A program made the translations under genes and the position numbers. Below are positions 26,079 to 34,897 of a stretch of DNA of 34,897 nucleotides, one piece after another. Location of the stretch: the NCBI GenBank assembly GCA_964557905.1, contig CAZLCF010000001.1:1-34897 (forward strand). Reading direction: 5' to 3'. How positions within the stretch are numbered: position 1 is the first letter of the stretch; each line of letters starts with the position of its first letter. The stretch is from an uncultured Rikenellaceae bacterium. Its GTDB lineage: Bacteria; Bacteroidota; Bacteroidia; Bacteroidales; VadinHA17. The notes under the pieces are model-generated. The model saw nothing but the letters and a program-made list of their open reading frames with translations. It was not told where the DNA came from and made no database searches.

Positions 26079-27320
26079 TTATTGAGTAAGAAGATAATTT
26101 ATTTCATTTATCACCTGCTGAATCCGTATTTTATTATCGCTGAGATTTTTATTCACAATCCGATAGCTTTTTATTGCATTAATATATTCCGTCATCTGAA
26201 TTATTCCGGATTCAAGCTGTTGCCTCAGAGCATTAACCAGCTGTTCGGATGTTGCCAGTTGGTTCTCCAGCTGAACTGTGAGGGTTTTTAATGATCTTAA
26301 TTCATTATTTAGTTGCTGTATCTGCTGGTAATATCGTGTTGTAAAGTTATCGAGATATGAACTTCTCGTATTCTCTGTCAGCTTAAGTTTTTGTTTTTCC
26401 TTCTCTTTCTGATTACCATCATAAACAGGTATGCTGAGGTTTATCCCGGCACTAAAGCCGAAATGCCTGTAGAAATTAAATGGAGTGGCAGTAAGGAATC
26501 CGGCATCAGCAAACCAGTTCATTTTTGGCCGGTATTTCATATCAATTCCTGCAATATCATTAACAATGCGCAAACTGTCAATCTTATACTGCATAAATAG
26601 AGGTGATTTGCTGATCTCTGCCATGCCTGTTATTTCAAGAGCGGGTAAATTCAAATCATAAAATCCTGTATCATTCAGGCCGCATAACTGGTTAAGCAGC
26701 CTTATGTCCCTTTCATATTGATTTTTAAGCTGGTTCACAAGAATTTCCAGAGATTGTGTCTCAACTTGTAATGACAGGTAGTCTGTCTGCTTACAGAGGC
26801 CATCTAAAACAAATTGATAAGTAAGCATATTCTCCTTGTAATACAGCTCAAGGGAAGATTTATTAAAGGAAAGATCATTGTAATCGGCACAGGATATTAA
26901 ATACTGTTCGGTAATGATCTTCTTTATTTCAGCGACAGAAATCCTTGCAGAGTTGTAAGCACCTTGTTGTTGTATACCAATTGCCTGAAATTTGTTTGAG
27001 AGTTCTTTTTTATTAAGGATATTTTGAGTTACACTTACGACTGCCTGATAATTACCACCATCTGTAACGACTTCATCATAACCGAAATTTGTGAAAACTG
27101 GAGAATAAAGTAGCTGCGATTTTGCTTCGACCTGCGGCATTTTTGAAGCCCTCAGAATAAGACTATCCAGCAGTGTTGAGTTGACCTGGTTATAATAATC
27201 CTTGAGAAGCGGACTGTTCTTTATCCCTTCCTGCAGGTAATAATCCAATGTCCGTGACTGGCTTAGCGCGCAAAAAGAAATATAGCAGAATACTATAATT
27301 ATGATCAATCTTTTACTCAT
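26079..27320 (-). CDS. TolC-family outer membrane efflux protein
   Basis: 413 aa with a signal peptide and long heptad-rich helical segments (for example LKNQYERDIRLLNQL). It is the first gene of the efflux operon. Confidence 0.7.
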   Translation of the reverse strand: MSKRLIIIIVFCYISFCALSQSRTLDYYLQEGIKNSPLLKDYYNQVNSTLLDSLILRASKMPQVEAKSQLLYSPVFTNFGYDEVVTDGGNYQAVVSVTQNILNKKELSNKFQAIGIQQQGAYNSARISVAEIKKIITEQYLISCADYNDLSFNKSSLELYYKENMLTYQFVLDGLCKQTDYLSLQVETQSLEILVNQLKNQYERDIRLLNQLCGLNDTGFYDLNLPALEITGMAEISKSPLFMQYKIDSLRIVNDIAGIDMKYRPKMNWFADAGFLTATPFNFYRHFGFSAGINLSIPVYDGNQKEKEKQKLKLTENTRSSYLDNFTTRYYQQIQQLNNELRSLKTLTVQLENQLATSEQLVNALRQQLESGIIQMTEYINAIKSYRIVNKNLSDNKIRIQQVINEINYLLTQ

Positions 27321-27494
27321 TTTAAAGTACTTTCAATATCTTTCATTGCAAGGTAGTTAAAATCATTATTGAAAAAAGAGAGGAATTCTCTGAAAATGTA
27401 TTTTTAACATTTTTTAGATAAGTTATTCTTGGATCTTTACAATCTGGGAAAATCTAATCGCATAAATATGATAAGAAGGAGGTGCTTAAAATTT

Positions 27495-28754
27495 TCAGCG
27501 CATTCCAAACAAAACAGGAAATCCAAATATTACAATCAATATCCAGATTATATAAACCGGTAAATATTTTGAAATGGTCAATCCGACTTCCGCAATCTCC
27601 GACTTTTTAAAGTTTATTTTATACAAATCAATCATTATTAGAATTAAATTACCAAAAATCAAGATATTGGAACCAAGAACTGCTAGCCGGTTTGGTGTCA
27701 CTCCATACTCTCCCAACCGGTAAAAAATTGCGGATAAAGCGATTAAGTCAATAATGAGCGTAATTATTGAAAGGATGAACAAGATCATTTCATTAAACTT
27801 CTGTTTCCTGTGTATAGAAGTTTCAGAAATCGAAAAGACAATAATACTCATGACACCTATTAGCATTAGATTGAAAATCAACAGAAAGTTTCTATCGGTA
27901 TATGGATCTTTCCCCGAGATTGCTATAGCTACCAGATAAATTATTAAAGTAAGCAAAATCAGCGGACTGAAAATATTTGCTATTATAGGAGCAATCTTGT
28001 TGGTTAATGTTGTGTAATTGTTTATGATGAAGGTTGCAACAATTGGTGCAGATACTAATCCAATAAACACAACATTATTCATATAAAATTTTTCAATGCT
28101 GATGTTAATGGCACTGAATAAACCAATAGTTATCCAGGTTAAAATCCCTCCTGCTATAAGAATAATGGCTCCCAGGACAGCTAAATCTCCATTATGCTTT
28201 ATGTATTCAATTCGTTTGCTTTTATCATTAAAGTTAAAGTCAATAAATATTAAACCGTAAATACACCACATTAGCAGAGGCAGATGAATGTATGCAAGAT
28301 TTATTGAATCACTATTTCTATTTGAAGGTAACAGGTTGATATATATTATAGGGATTAAAAAGGCTGACAGGATTATTAAAAGTTTCTTTTGGCCGGAAAT
28401 TCGATTAATCCATACAGCATAGATTGTAAGTCCCAGAAAGACAATGATTCCTGCATTCTTCTCGTAAAAGAAGAAGTCGGTTAAATTTATATTTAACAGA
28501 CTTGGAATTTTGATGAGAAATCCTGTTATCAGGCATGATGCAATCATTATGAAAATGTCCGACCGGGTAAATTTCTTTATTTTATATGGTGTTTTGTCAT
28601 AATCCAGTCGGGCTTTCCAGAACTTTACCGATTCGGAATTCTCCATCTCTGAATAGACTTTTCCAAAACCTGATTCAAAAGACTTTCTGTCATCACGATA
28701 TAATTTTTCAAGTTCTTCAGGATTGTTGATGTTTTCTTTAATTTTTTCTTCCAT
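27495..28754 (-). CDS. Polytopic inner-membrane protein of unknown function (possibly DUF4153-like)
   Basis: 419 aa with a soluble N-terminal region of about 65 aa (NPEELEKLYRDDRKSFESGF) followed by about 11 hydrophobic helices. The gene is AT-rich. Confidence 0.5.
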   Translation of the reverse strand: MEEKIKENINNPEELEKLYRDDRKSFESGFGKVYSEMENSESVKFWKARLDYDKTPYKIKKFTRSDIFIMIASCLITGFLIKIPSLLNINLTDFFFYEKNAGIIVFLGLTIYAVWINRISGQKKLLIILSAFLIPIIYINLLPSNRNSDSINLAYIHLPLLMWCIYGLIFIDFNFNDKSKRIEYIKHNGDLAVLGAIILIAGGILTWITIGLFSAINISIEKFYMNNVVFIGLVSAPIVATFIINNYTTLTNKIAPIIANIFSPLILLTLIIYLVAIAISGKDPYTDRNFLLIFNLMLIGVMSIIVFSISETSIHRKQKFNEMILFILSIITLIIDLIALSAIFYRLGEYGVTPNRLAVLGSNILIFGNLILIMIDLYKINFKKSEIAEVGLTISKYLPVYIIWILIVIFGFPVLFGMR

Positions 28755-28860
28755 GGATACAATGTTTAGGGAAAGTTAACATCAGACTGTCTGGACTGTT
28801 TTAATTATTGTACGCTATTTAGTTTTGCCAGTAAGAATATTATGCGATTCTGTTAAGGAG

Positions 28861-29898
28861 CTACTTTAACGGTGCAACATCCAGCACCATGAAAGTACCC
28901 GGCTTGACTGCTGGCCGGCGATTAGTATTTCCTGCAGATGTATCCGGAGCCTCATATTCTGCAGTCGACATGAATATATGATGTGTTTTCCTGTCAACAG
29001 TTATTGTTCTTGCACCGCGAAGTGTTGGAACATTTTCGAGCACTGTGAAGTTATCAGGGCTGATTTCCTGGACCACCGTCAATGTACCTTCTCCATTTGA
29101 GCTATAGACGCGTTTCAATTCAGGATCATAAGCAGCTCCGTCTGATCCGTCACCAATAGGAAGTGTGGTTATTACTTCACCCGATAATGAATTCAGAACA
29201 ACCATAAGTTTGTTGCTGCAGACAGTAAACAGACGGTGATTTTCATTATCAAGTGCCATGCCGCTGGCTTCTTCACCTGGTGCAATGCTCCATATTTGTT
29301 CGACTTTATCTGTAGTTGAGTTAATAACAGAAATCTCGCTTTTATCTTCAATATTCACATATACTTTGCCCTTACTGTCTGTGACAGAATTCTCAGGCTT
29401 GCCATCAAGTTTGATCGTTGCTATGACTTTGTTTGTTACACCATCGATCACAGTCGCATTTGCAGTCCTGCCATTATAAACAAATACTTTATGGCTGAAC
29501 GGATCATATAAAATTGCATCTGGATTCTGACCGGTTACAGGAACTTTAGTAATGAATGCCAGGGATTTAAGGTCGATAACAGTCACTGAAGAGTCTCTGC
29601 CGTTGCTTATAAATGCTTTTTCCAGATCAGCTGCAATGGCTATTCCATGGACTCCTTTTGTGTCCGGTATGGTTCCCAGCAGCTTCCCGTCTTTTTCATC
29701 AATGACCTGAACGACACTACTGTGCGAAACGAAGATCCTGCCTGTGGATTCATCAACATTCAGGTAGTCCCATCCTCCATCTCCGTCAAGGTGGAACTTG
29801 TTTACTATTGTATACCCTGATGATTCTGTCTGAGCCTTCAGGAAGTTGCTGCAGCATATAAGAATGAAGCAACTGACGATAAGAAAGTACTTTTTCAT
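28861..29898 (-). CDS. YncE/YVTN-type beta-propeller repeat protein, secreted
   Basis: 345 aa with a signal peptide and repeated units of about 40 aa (for example KVFVYNGRTANATVIDGVTNKVIATI and KVYVNIEDKSEISVINSTTDKV). Confidence 0.6.
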   Translation of the reverse strand: MKKYFLIVSCFILICCSNFLKAQTESSGYTIVNKFHLDGDGGWDYLNVDESTGRIFVSHSSVVQVIDEKDGKLLGTIPDTKGVHGIAIAADLEKAFISNGRDSSVTVIDLKSLAFITKVPVTGQNPDAILYDPFSHKVFVYNGRTANATVIDGVTNKVIATIKLDGKPENSVTDSKGKVYVNIEDKSEISVINSTTDKVEQIWSIAPGEEASGMALDNENHRLFTVCSNKLMVVLNSLSGEVITTLPIGDGSDGAAYDPELKRVYSSNGEGTLTVVQEISPDNFTVLENVPTLRGARTITVDRKTHHIFMSTAEYEAPDTSAGNTNRRPAVKPGTFMVLDVAPLK

Positions 29899-30030
29899 TT
29901 TAGTGGATCTAATAATAATTAAAAATAAAGTTAATCTGTTTAAATGAGATTGAAGTTAATACACTCTATATTGATTAATAATTATTTCCTATAGTTGTTA
30001 AAGCCCTGAACCAGCAATAGAAATATGTTA

Positions 30031-30222
30031 TCAATTATTTATGATCTCTTCCATTAATTCTATCTGTATCTCCTGAATTTCAAATAATCTATTTGCCCGG
30101 CTGATCATAATCACAGGAGCCTGGATAGCGGCAAGACATGAAAGTATAAGGTTTAACAGAATAAAAGGATAGGGATCAAAAGGTTTATTAAATAATAAAC
30201 TAATTACCAAATCTATAGCCAA
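30031..30222 (-). pseudogene. Remnant of a DUF1003 membrane protein gene
   Basis: A 63-codon ORF with a TTG start; the frame opens only 5 codons further upstream. It contains the DUF1003 signature FDPYPFILLNLILSCLAAIQAPVIMIS but lacks both the N- and C-terminal parts of that roughly 180-aa family. It overlaps the last 23 nt of kdpE. Confidence 0.45.
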
Positions 30223-30883
30223 TCCCTGATTCAGTGATTAGAAGCTCAGGTTTTGATGGATTATCCTCTATCTTTTTTCTGAGTTGAGCTATAAAGACTC
30301 TCAGGTATTGCGTTTGTTCAAGATAGCTGTACCCCCATATTTCTTTTAATAAGAATTGATGTGTAAGTACACGCCCCTGGTTCTTGGCAAGAAGTGATAA
30401 TAATGAGAACTCGGTAGCAGTAAGTTTGATTATTGCGTCGTTTTTTCTTACCACATGGTTGATCATATCTATATTCAGCGATCCAAATTCAAGTAAAGGA
30501 CTGTCTTTTTTCTCCTCACTTAACCTGATTGCTGCACGAATTCTTGCAATTAATTCACCGCTTCTGAAAGGTTTAGTTAAATAGTCATTTGCTCCTCTGT
30601 CCAGAGCTGTAATAATATCATCTTCGGAATTTCGTACAGTTAATACAATAATCGGTTTAGAAAACCATTCCCTGAGTTTTAACAACAGTTCAAGTCCATC
30701 AATGTCAGGTAATCCCAGGTCAAGAATAATTAATGATGGATGATAAGTTGCAGCCGCAATCAGGCCTTCTTTCCCGGTTGAAGCAAAAAAAGTATTATAA
30801 TTGTGTGATGACAATGATATCTCCAGAAGACGACGAATCTGCACTTCATCATCAATAATTAATATATTTGCATTCCCATTCAT
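30200..30883 (-). CDS. kdpE: KdpE, OmpR-family response regulator
   Basis: 227 aa with a receiver domain (ILIIDDE, LIILDLGLPDIDG, KP motif LTKPF) and a winged-helix C-terminus (ESGIGYRF). Its start overlaps the kdpD stop (TAATG). Confidence 0.85.
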   Translation of the reverse strand: MNGNANILIIDDEVQIRRLLEISLSSHNYNTFFASTGKEGLIAAATYHPSLIILDLGLPDIDGLELLLKLREWFSKPIIVLTVRNSEDDIITALDRGANDYLTKPFRSGELIARIRAAIRLSEEKKDSPLLEFGSLNIDMINHVVRKNDAIIKLTATEFSLLSLLAKNQGRVLTHQFLLKEIWGYSYLEQTQYLRVFIAQLRKKIEDNPSKPELLITESGIGYRFGN

Positions 30884-33564
30884 TATTCAAATTTAAATTT
30901 TTTCATATCAGGGATTTCGGTTGGTATCTTGACTGTTATTATTGAACCTCCATTTTTTCTGTTTTCAATTGTCACGTTGCCATTATGTGACTGAACAAAT
31001 CCTTTAACTATTGAAAGGCCCAATCCTGTTCCTCCTGAAATACTACCTTCGAGTCGGTAGAATTTATTAAAAACGTTCAGCACCTCATCCGGAGGGAAAC
31101 CAGGTCCTCTGTCCATAACCTGCATAATAAAACTTTGGTGATCATAATACATTTTAATTCTGATAGTTGTCCCTGGTTTTGAATATTGAGTAGCATTAAG
31201 TACAAGATTATGAAGGACATGCTCCATAAGTCCGATATCTATTTTTACAAGAGGCATTTCATCGGGAATGCTGACTTCCAGATTAAATCTTTCGAGTTCT
31301 TTTTTCAGGACTTCAATGACTTTATTGGCAAGATCATGTACGTCATGCCAGTCAAGCTTGGGTGTGATCCTGCCAGACTCCAGCCTCGACATATTCAGCA
31401 GGTTATCTATAAGTCTGTTTAATCTTTCTGAAGCTTTATTAATCTCAAAATGTAAATGCATGTTTGTATTCTTATCAAATTCACCAGAAAGTAAAGTATC
31501 TGATGCCCCCATTATTGTAGCAATAGGAATTCTCAATTCATGGGAAATTGAATTAAACAAGCTTTTATATAGCTTATCTGATTCATCAAGTATTGATGCT
31601 CTTCTTGCTATATCATTCAGAAATTCTCTTTCAAGCGCATTTGAGATTTGTGTCCGGTAAGCATCCCAGAAGGCTTTTTCGTCACCTGAAAGGGGGTTCT
31701 TTTGCTTTATAACTACAACTCCCAAATGTAACTTGTTCCCAATAAGAGGATAAAATGTAAATTCGGTTGAAGGAAGAGTATCAGTAAATCGGCCAGCTTC
31801 CCTTGAGTGCTGAAAAGACCATTCAGCAACGCTTAATTCCTGCTCAGAAAGGTTTAAAGAATTTTCTGGTTTTATTATTTTCTCCAATACATTGTTTCCA
31901 CCCTGAAGGATAATTGAACAATCAAGTCTTGAATACTTCCTGATGTACTTAACGGATGTTCTTATAACCTCATCAATACCTGATGTCATTGACAGCTCCC
32001 TTGTCAACTGGTACAATGCATTTGTTCGTAATTCTCTTTCCCTGGTGAGTCTTTCCTGTTTCCTCACTCTTGATGTCATTACCCCTCCTATGAGGGCTAT
32101 AATAAAGTACGTCATAAGCATCAATACATCTTCAAGTTTGTCAACATGAAGATTAAACGAGGGTGGTATGAAGAAGAAATCCCATATTAAGGCACTCAAT
32201 GTCGCAGAAAGCAGAATAGGTCCTATTCCTACAAAAAGGGCCAGAATAGAAACCGTAAATAATAATCCGAATGCAACTATCTGGTATCCAATGTACTCCT
32301 TTAGCGGGTAAAAAATAACAGCAGTCAGAATGGTGAATAACGCTGATAAAATATACTGGGAGAATCCTGAAGTGAATCCTGGCATGCCAAAGTACCTCAT
32401 GTATTGGTTGTCTTCAGATTGATTTGATCCTAATACATAAACATCAATATTACCACTGTACTTAATCAGTTTATTTATAAAATTTCTTAGGATAAAATAT
32501 GACCATAGATTCCAGTATCTCGGTTTGCTGACAATGATATGAGTAATGTTTTCCCTTTGGCTGATGTCCAGGATAGCCCTTACAAGATCATTACCTGAAG
32601 TAGTTATGAATTCGGCCCCAAGCTGTCTTGCAAGGTTTATATTTTTATTCAGTTGTTCCTGTTGATCCGGAGATAGTTTTCTTGTCGATTCGATATAAAC
32701 GGCCAGGAGAGTAGCGCCCATTGTATATGAAAGATTTTTTGCCCAGCGAAGGAGTTTGGCTGATTGCGGGCTTGGACCAATAACCGCTAACAAGTGCATC
32801 CCAGATTTCCATGGTCCTTTTATGCGATTCTTCTGCATATATACCCTTAGTTGCCTGTCAACCCTGTCAGCTACAATCCTCAGGGACATTTCCCGCAAAG
32901 CTGTAATATTTCCTTTTTTAAAAAAATTCCTGATTGCTTCCGCCGATCGTTCGGGGGCATAAACTTTCCCGTCTGCGAATCTCTGAAGAAGTTCATCGGG
33001 GGTAATATCAACTAGTTCGACTTCATCAGCTTTTTCAAAAATCTCATCAGGAACTGTTTCTCTTACGACGATACCTGTAATCTGAGAAACTGTATCTGAC
33101 CTGCTTTCCAGGTGCTGGACATTCAGGGTGGTATACACATCAATTCCCATGTCAAGAATATCAAGAATATCCTGATATCGTTTAATATGTCGGCTCCCGG
33201 GTACATTGGTATGCGCAAGTTCATCAATGAGAACAATATCAGGCTTCCTTGTTATAACAGCTTCTATATCTGTATCCTCTAGTTTTGTGCCTTTATATTC
33301 AACAATTTTCCTTGGAATTATTTCGAAACCTTTTAAAAGCTCATTAGTATCAGGTCTGTTATGAGTTTCAATATACCCAATAATAATATCTTTCCCGTTT
33401 GATTTATCAATGTGTGCAGATTCAAGCATTGAGAAAGTCTTGCCAACACCTGCACACATTCCGAAAAAGATTTTCAGCTTGCCCTTCTTGCTTTGGTCTT
33501 CTTCAAGTTTTATTGAGGCAAGCAATTCATCAGGATCTGGCCGAATATTATCGTAATCGTTCAT
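30883..33564 (-). CDS. kdpD: KdpD sensor histidine kinase
   Basis: 893 aa with an N-terminal KdpD domain carrying a P-loop (FFGMCAGVGKT), a Usp-like domain, a four-TM block, an H-box (SISHELRIPIATI) and HATPase motifs (DRGPGFP, GTGLGLSIV). Confidence 0.9.
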   Translation of the reverse strand: MNDYDNIRPDPDELLASIKLEEDQSKKGKLKIFFGMCAGVGKTFSMLESAHIDKSNGKDIIIGYIETHNRPDTNELLKGFEIIPRKIVEYKGTKLEDTDIEAVITRKPDIVLIDELAHTNVPGSRHIKRYQDILDILDMGIDVYTTLNVQHLESRSDTVSQITGIVVRETVPDEIFEKADEVELVDITPDELLQRFADGKVYAPERSAEAIRNFFKKGNITALREMSLRIVADRVDRQLRVYMQKNRIKGPWKSGMHLLAVIGPSPQSAKLLRWAKNLSYTMGATLLAVYIESTRKLSPDQQEQLNKNINLARQLGAEFITTSGNDLVRAILDISQRENITHIIVSKPRYWNLWSYFILRNFINKLIKYSGNIDVYVLGSNQSEDNQYMRYFGMPGFTSGFSQYILSALFTILTAVIFYPLKEYIGYQIVAFGLLFTVSILALFVGIGPILLSATLSALIWDFFFIPPSFNLHVDKLEDVLMLMTYFIIALIGGVMTSRVRKQERLTRERELRTNALYQLTRELSMTSGIDEVIRTSVKYIRKYSRLDCSIILQGGNNVLEKIIKPENSLNLSEQELSVAEWSFQHSREAGRFTDTLPSTEFTFYPLIGNKLHLGVVVIKQKNPLSGDEKAFWDAYRTQISNALEREFLNDIARRASILDESDKLYKSLFNSISHELRIPIATIMGASDTLLSGEFDKNTNMHLHFEINKASERLNRLIDNLLNMSRLESGRITPKLDWHDVHDLANKVIEVLKKELERFNLEVSIPDEMPLVKIDIGLMEHVLHNLVLNATQYSKPGTTIRIKMYYDHQSFIMQVMDRGPGFPPDEVLNVFNKFYRLEGSISGGTGLGLSIVKGFVQSHNGNVTIENRKNGGSIITVKIPTEIPDMKKFKFE

Positions 33565-34136
33565 TTAAGACTATCTATCTTCAAATTTAAGAGAAATACA
33601 TTGATCCTTGGCTCTCCAAGTAAAGAAAACTGACGTTTTTCAGTTAATTCATTTATTAAATTAACAAGTTGATCTTGCCTATTCTGGTTCATTCCTCGTG
33701 CCTTGGCTACCCTGTTAACCTGTAGTAGAGCTGCTGTCGGAGAGATATGAGGATCCAGACCACTGGCACTGGCAGTAACCATTTCAGGTGGTATATACAG
33801 ATCTTCTTTAATATTATTTGCCTGCAAAAAAGTTTGCTCTCTTTGAATTATCTTATTTTTCAGAAGCGGATTTAAAAGACCAAGGTTTGAACCACCAGAG
33901 GGAAGAGGATTATAATTATTGATGGAAGGTCGTGACCAAAAATATTTTGGACTGTTAAAATCCTGCCCAATTAATTCTGATCCTAAAATTACTCCATTAC
34001 TTTCAACAAGACTTCCCTGTGCCTCTCTGTGAAATAATAAGGAGGTAATAACTGTGACGAGCCCAGGATATACTATTCCGGTAAGAATTATCATTAGTGC
34101 CAGGAATTTTAATCCTGTAATGATTTGTCTTTTCAT
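33561..34136 (-). CDS. kdpC: Potassium-transporting ATPase subunit KdpC
   Basis: 191 aa with a single N-terminal TM and motifs typical of KdpC (SASGLDPHISP, GSNLG). Its stop overlaps the kdpD start (ATGA). Confidence 0.85.
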   Translation of the reverse strand: MKRQIITGLKFLALMIILTGIVYPGLVTVITSLLFHREAQGSLVESNGVILGSELIGQDFNSPKYFWSRPSINNYNPLPSGGSNLGLLNPLLKNKIIQREQTFLQANNIKEDLYIPPEMVTASASGLDPHISPTAALLQVNRVAKARGMNQNRQDQLVNLINELTEKRQFSLLGEPRINVFLLNLKIDSLK

Positions 34137-34143
34137 TTCTTTT

Positions 34144-34897
34144 TCAAATCAAATGAAGAAAATTCAGTAAAATATCTATCACTTTAATACCTATAAATGG
34201 AGCAACCAGTCCACCTGCTCCATAAATCAAAATATTTCCTGTAAGTACCCTGCTTGCTGGTAAAGGCCTGTATCTTATACCTTTAAGAGCCAGGGGAATC
34301 AAAGCTATTATTATTAAAGCATTAAAGATAACTGCACTAAGAATCGCACTCTCCGGTGATGCCAGGCGCATTATATTGAGTGCAGATAATGGACCTGATA
34401 CTCCAGAAGAAGCATATAATGGTAATGCCAGAGCAGGGATTATAGCAAAGTATTTCGCCACATCATTAGCAATACTGAAAGTGGTTAAAGCTCCACGTGT
34501 CATAAGTAATTGCTTTCCGGTTTCGACGACCTCTATTAGTTTTGTCGGATTGCTGTCAAGATCTACCATATTTCCAGCTTCCCTGGCTGCCTGTGTCCCT
34601 GTATTCATTGCAATGCCAACATCAGCCTGGGCAAGAGCTGGAGCATCATTTGTCCCATCTCCTATCATACCTACAAGATGCCCTTGTGCCTGTTCCAAAC
34701 GTATACGTGATAATTTATCTTCTGGTTTGGCTTCTGCCATAAAGTCATCTACTCTTGCCTCCGCAGCAATAGCTGCAGCAGTCAGGGGATTGTCGCCGGT
34801 AATCATTATTGTTCTTATTCCCATGGCCCGAAGCTGTTCAAAGCGGGATTTAATGCCCCCCTTTACTATATCTTTCAGATTAATGACACCGAGGACT
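34144..34897 (-). CDS. kdpB: Potassium-transporting ATPase subunit KdpB (P-type ATPase), C-terminal part; the gene continues beyond the window
   Basis: The frame is open to the window edge ([36 protein letters not shown]...). The P-type hinge motif [21 protein letters not shown] is present, followed by C-terminal TMs. Confidence 0.9.
   Translation of the reverse strand, partial: VLGVINLKDIVKGGIKSRFEQLRAMGIRTIMITGDNPLTAAAIAAEARVDDFMAEAKPEDKLSRIRLEQAQGHLVGMIGDGTNDAPALAQADVGIAMNTGTQAAREAGNMVDLDSNPTKLIEVVETGKQLLMTRGALTTFSIANDVAKYFAIIPALALPLYASSGVSGPLSALNIMRLASPESAILSAVIFNALIIIALIPLALKGIRYRPLPASRVLTGNILIYGAGGLVAPFIGIKVIDILLNFLHLI

Noticed and set aside
27476-27485. A GAAGGAGGTG Shine-Dalgarno-like string on the plus strand, just past the stop of the polytopic membrane gene.
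   Set aside because: No start codon or open frame follows it on the plus strand. It lies in the spacer between two minus-strand genes.

Overview
This looks like an ordinary chromosomal stretch from a Bacteroidota-type genome. Supporting signs: many Sec/lipoprotein signals, a TonB-dependent receptor with an N-terminal carboxypeptidase-regulatory-like domain, almost no Shine-Dalgarno sequences, and one clean TTTG/TAnnTTTG promoter. About 32 genes are densely packed with short intergenic gaps.

Gene content, left to right:
- the 3' end of a prolyl oligopeptidase gene
- a glycan-processing cluster: a cytoplasmic Gfo/Idh/MocA oxidoreductase, GH116, a Tat-exported xylose-isomerase-like TIM-barrel protein, a Tat-exported Gfo/Idh/MocA oxidoreductase, and GH172/DUF2961
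- a secreted WD40-caspase (peptidase C14) gene followed by a small outer-membrane beta-barrel gene
- two more small beta-barrel genes, a GYD-domain gene, a GDPD lipoprotein and an exported flavodoxin-like protein
- three uncharacterised lipoproteins
- an ECF sigma factor tightly coupled to a 99-aa membrane protein, then a TonB-dependent receptor
- an orphan DUF1987/SiaC-like gene and a disrupted beta-helix gene
- a TolC/adaptor/RND efflux operon preceded by a polytopic membrane protein
- a YncE-like beta-propeller and kdpB(partial)-kdpC-kdpD-kdpE

I found no rRNA, tRNA, CRISPR array, transposase, integrase, phage gene or recognisable defence system, and no stretch is left unexplained by the coding regions. 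I cannot honestly point to a clearly novel system. The best candidates for a second look are:
- the Tat-exported oxidoreductase/TIM-barrel pair embedded between two glycoside hydrolases, a possible oxidation-elimination glycoside cleavage module
- a seven-unit 8-nt tandem repeat in the leader of the GH116 gene
- the secreted WD40-caspase/beta-barrel two-gene unit
- an RND adaptor that appears to lack the alpha-hairpin
- the ECF sigma plus mini membrane protein pair

All family assignments come from motif recognition by eye, not from searches.
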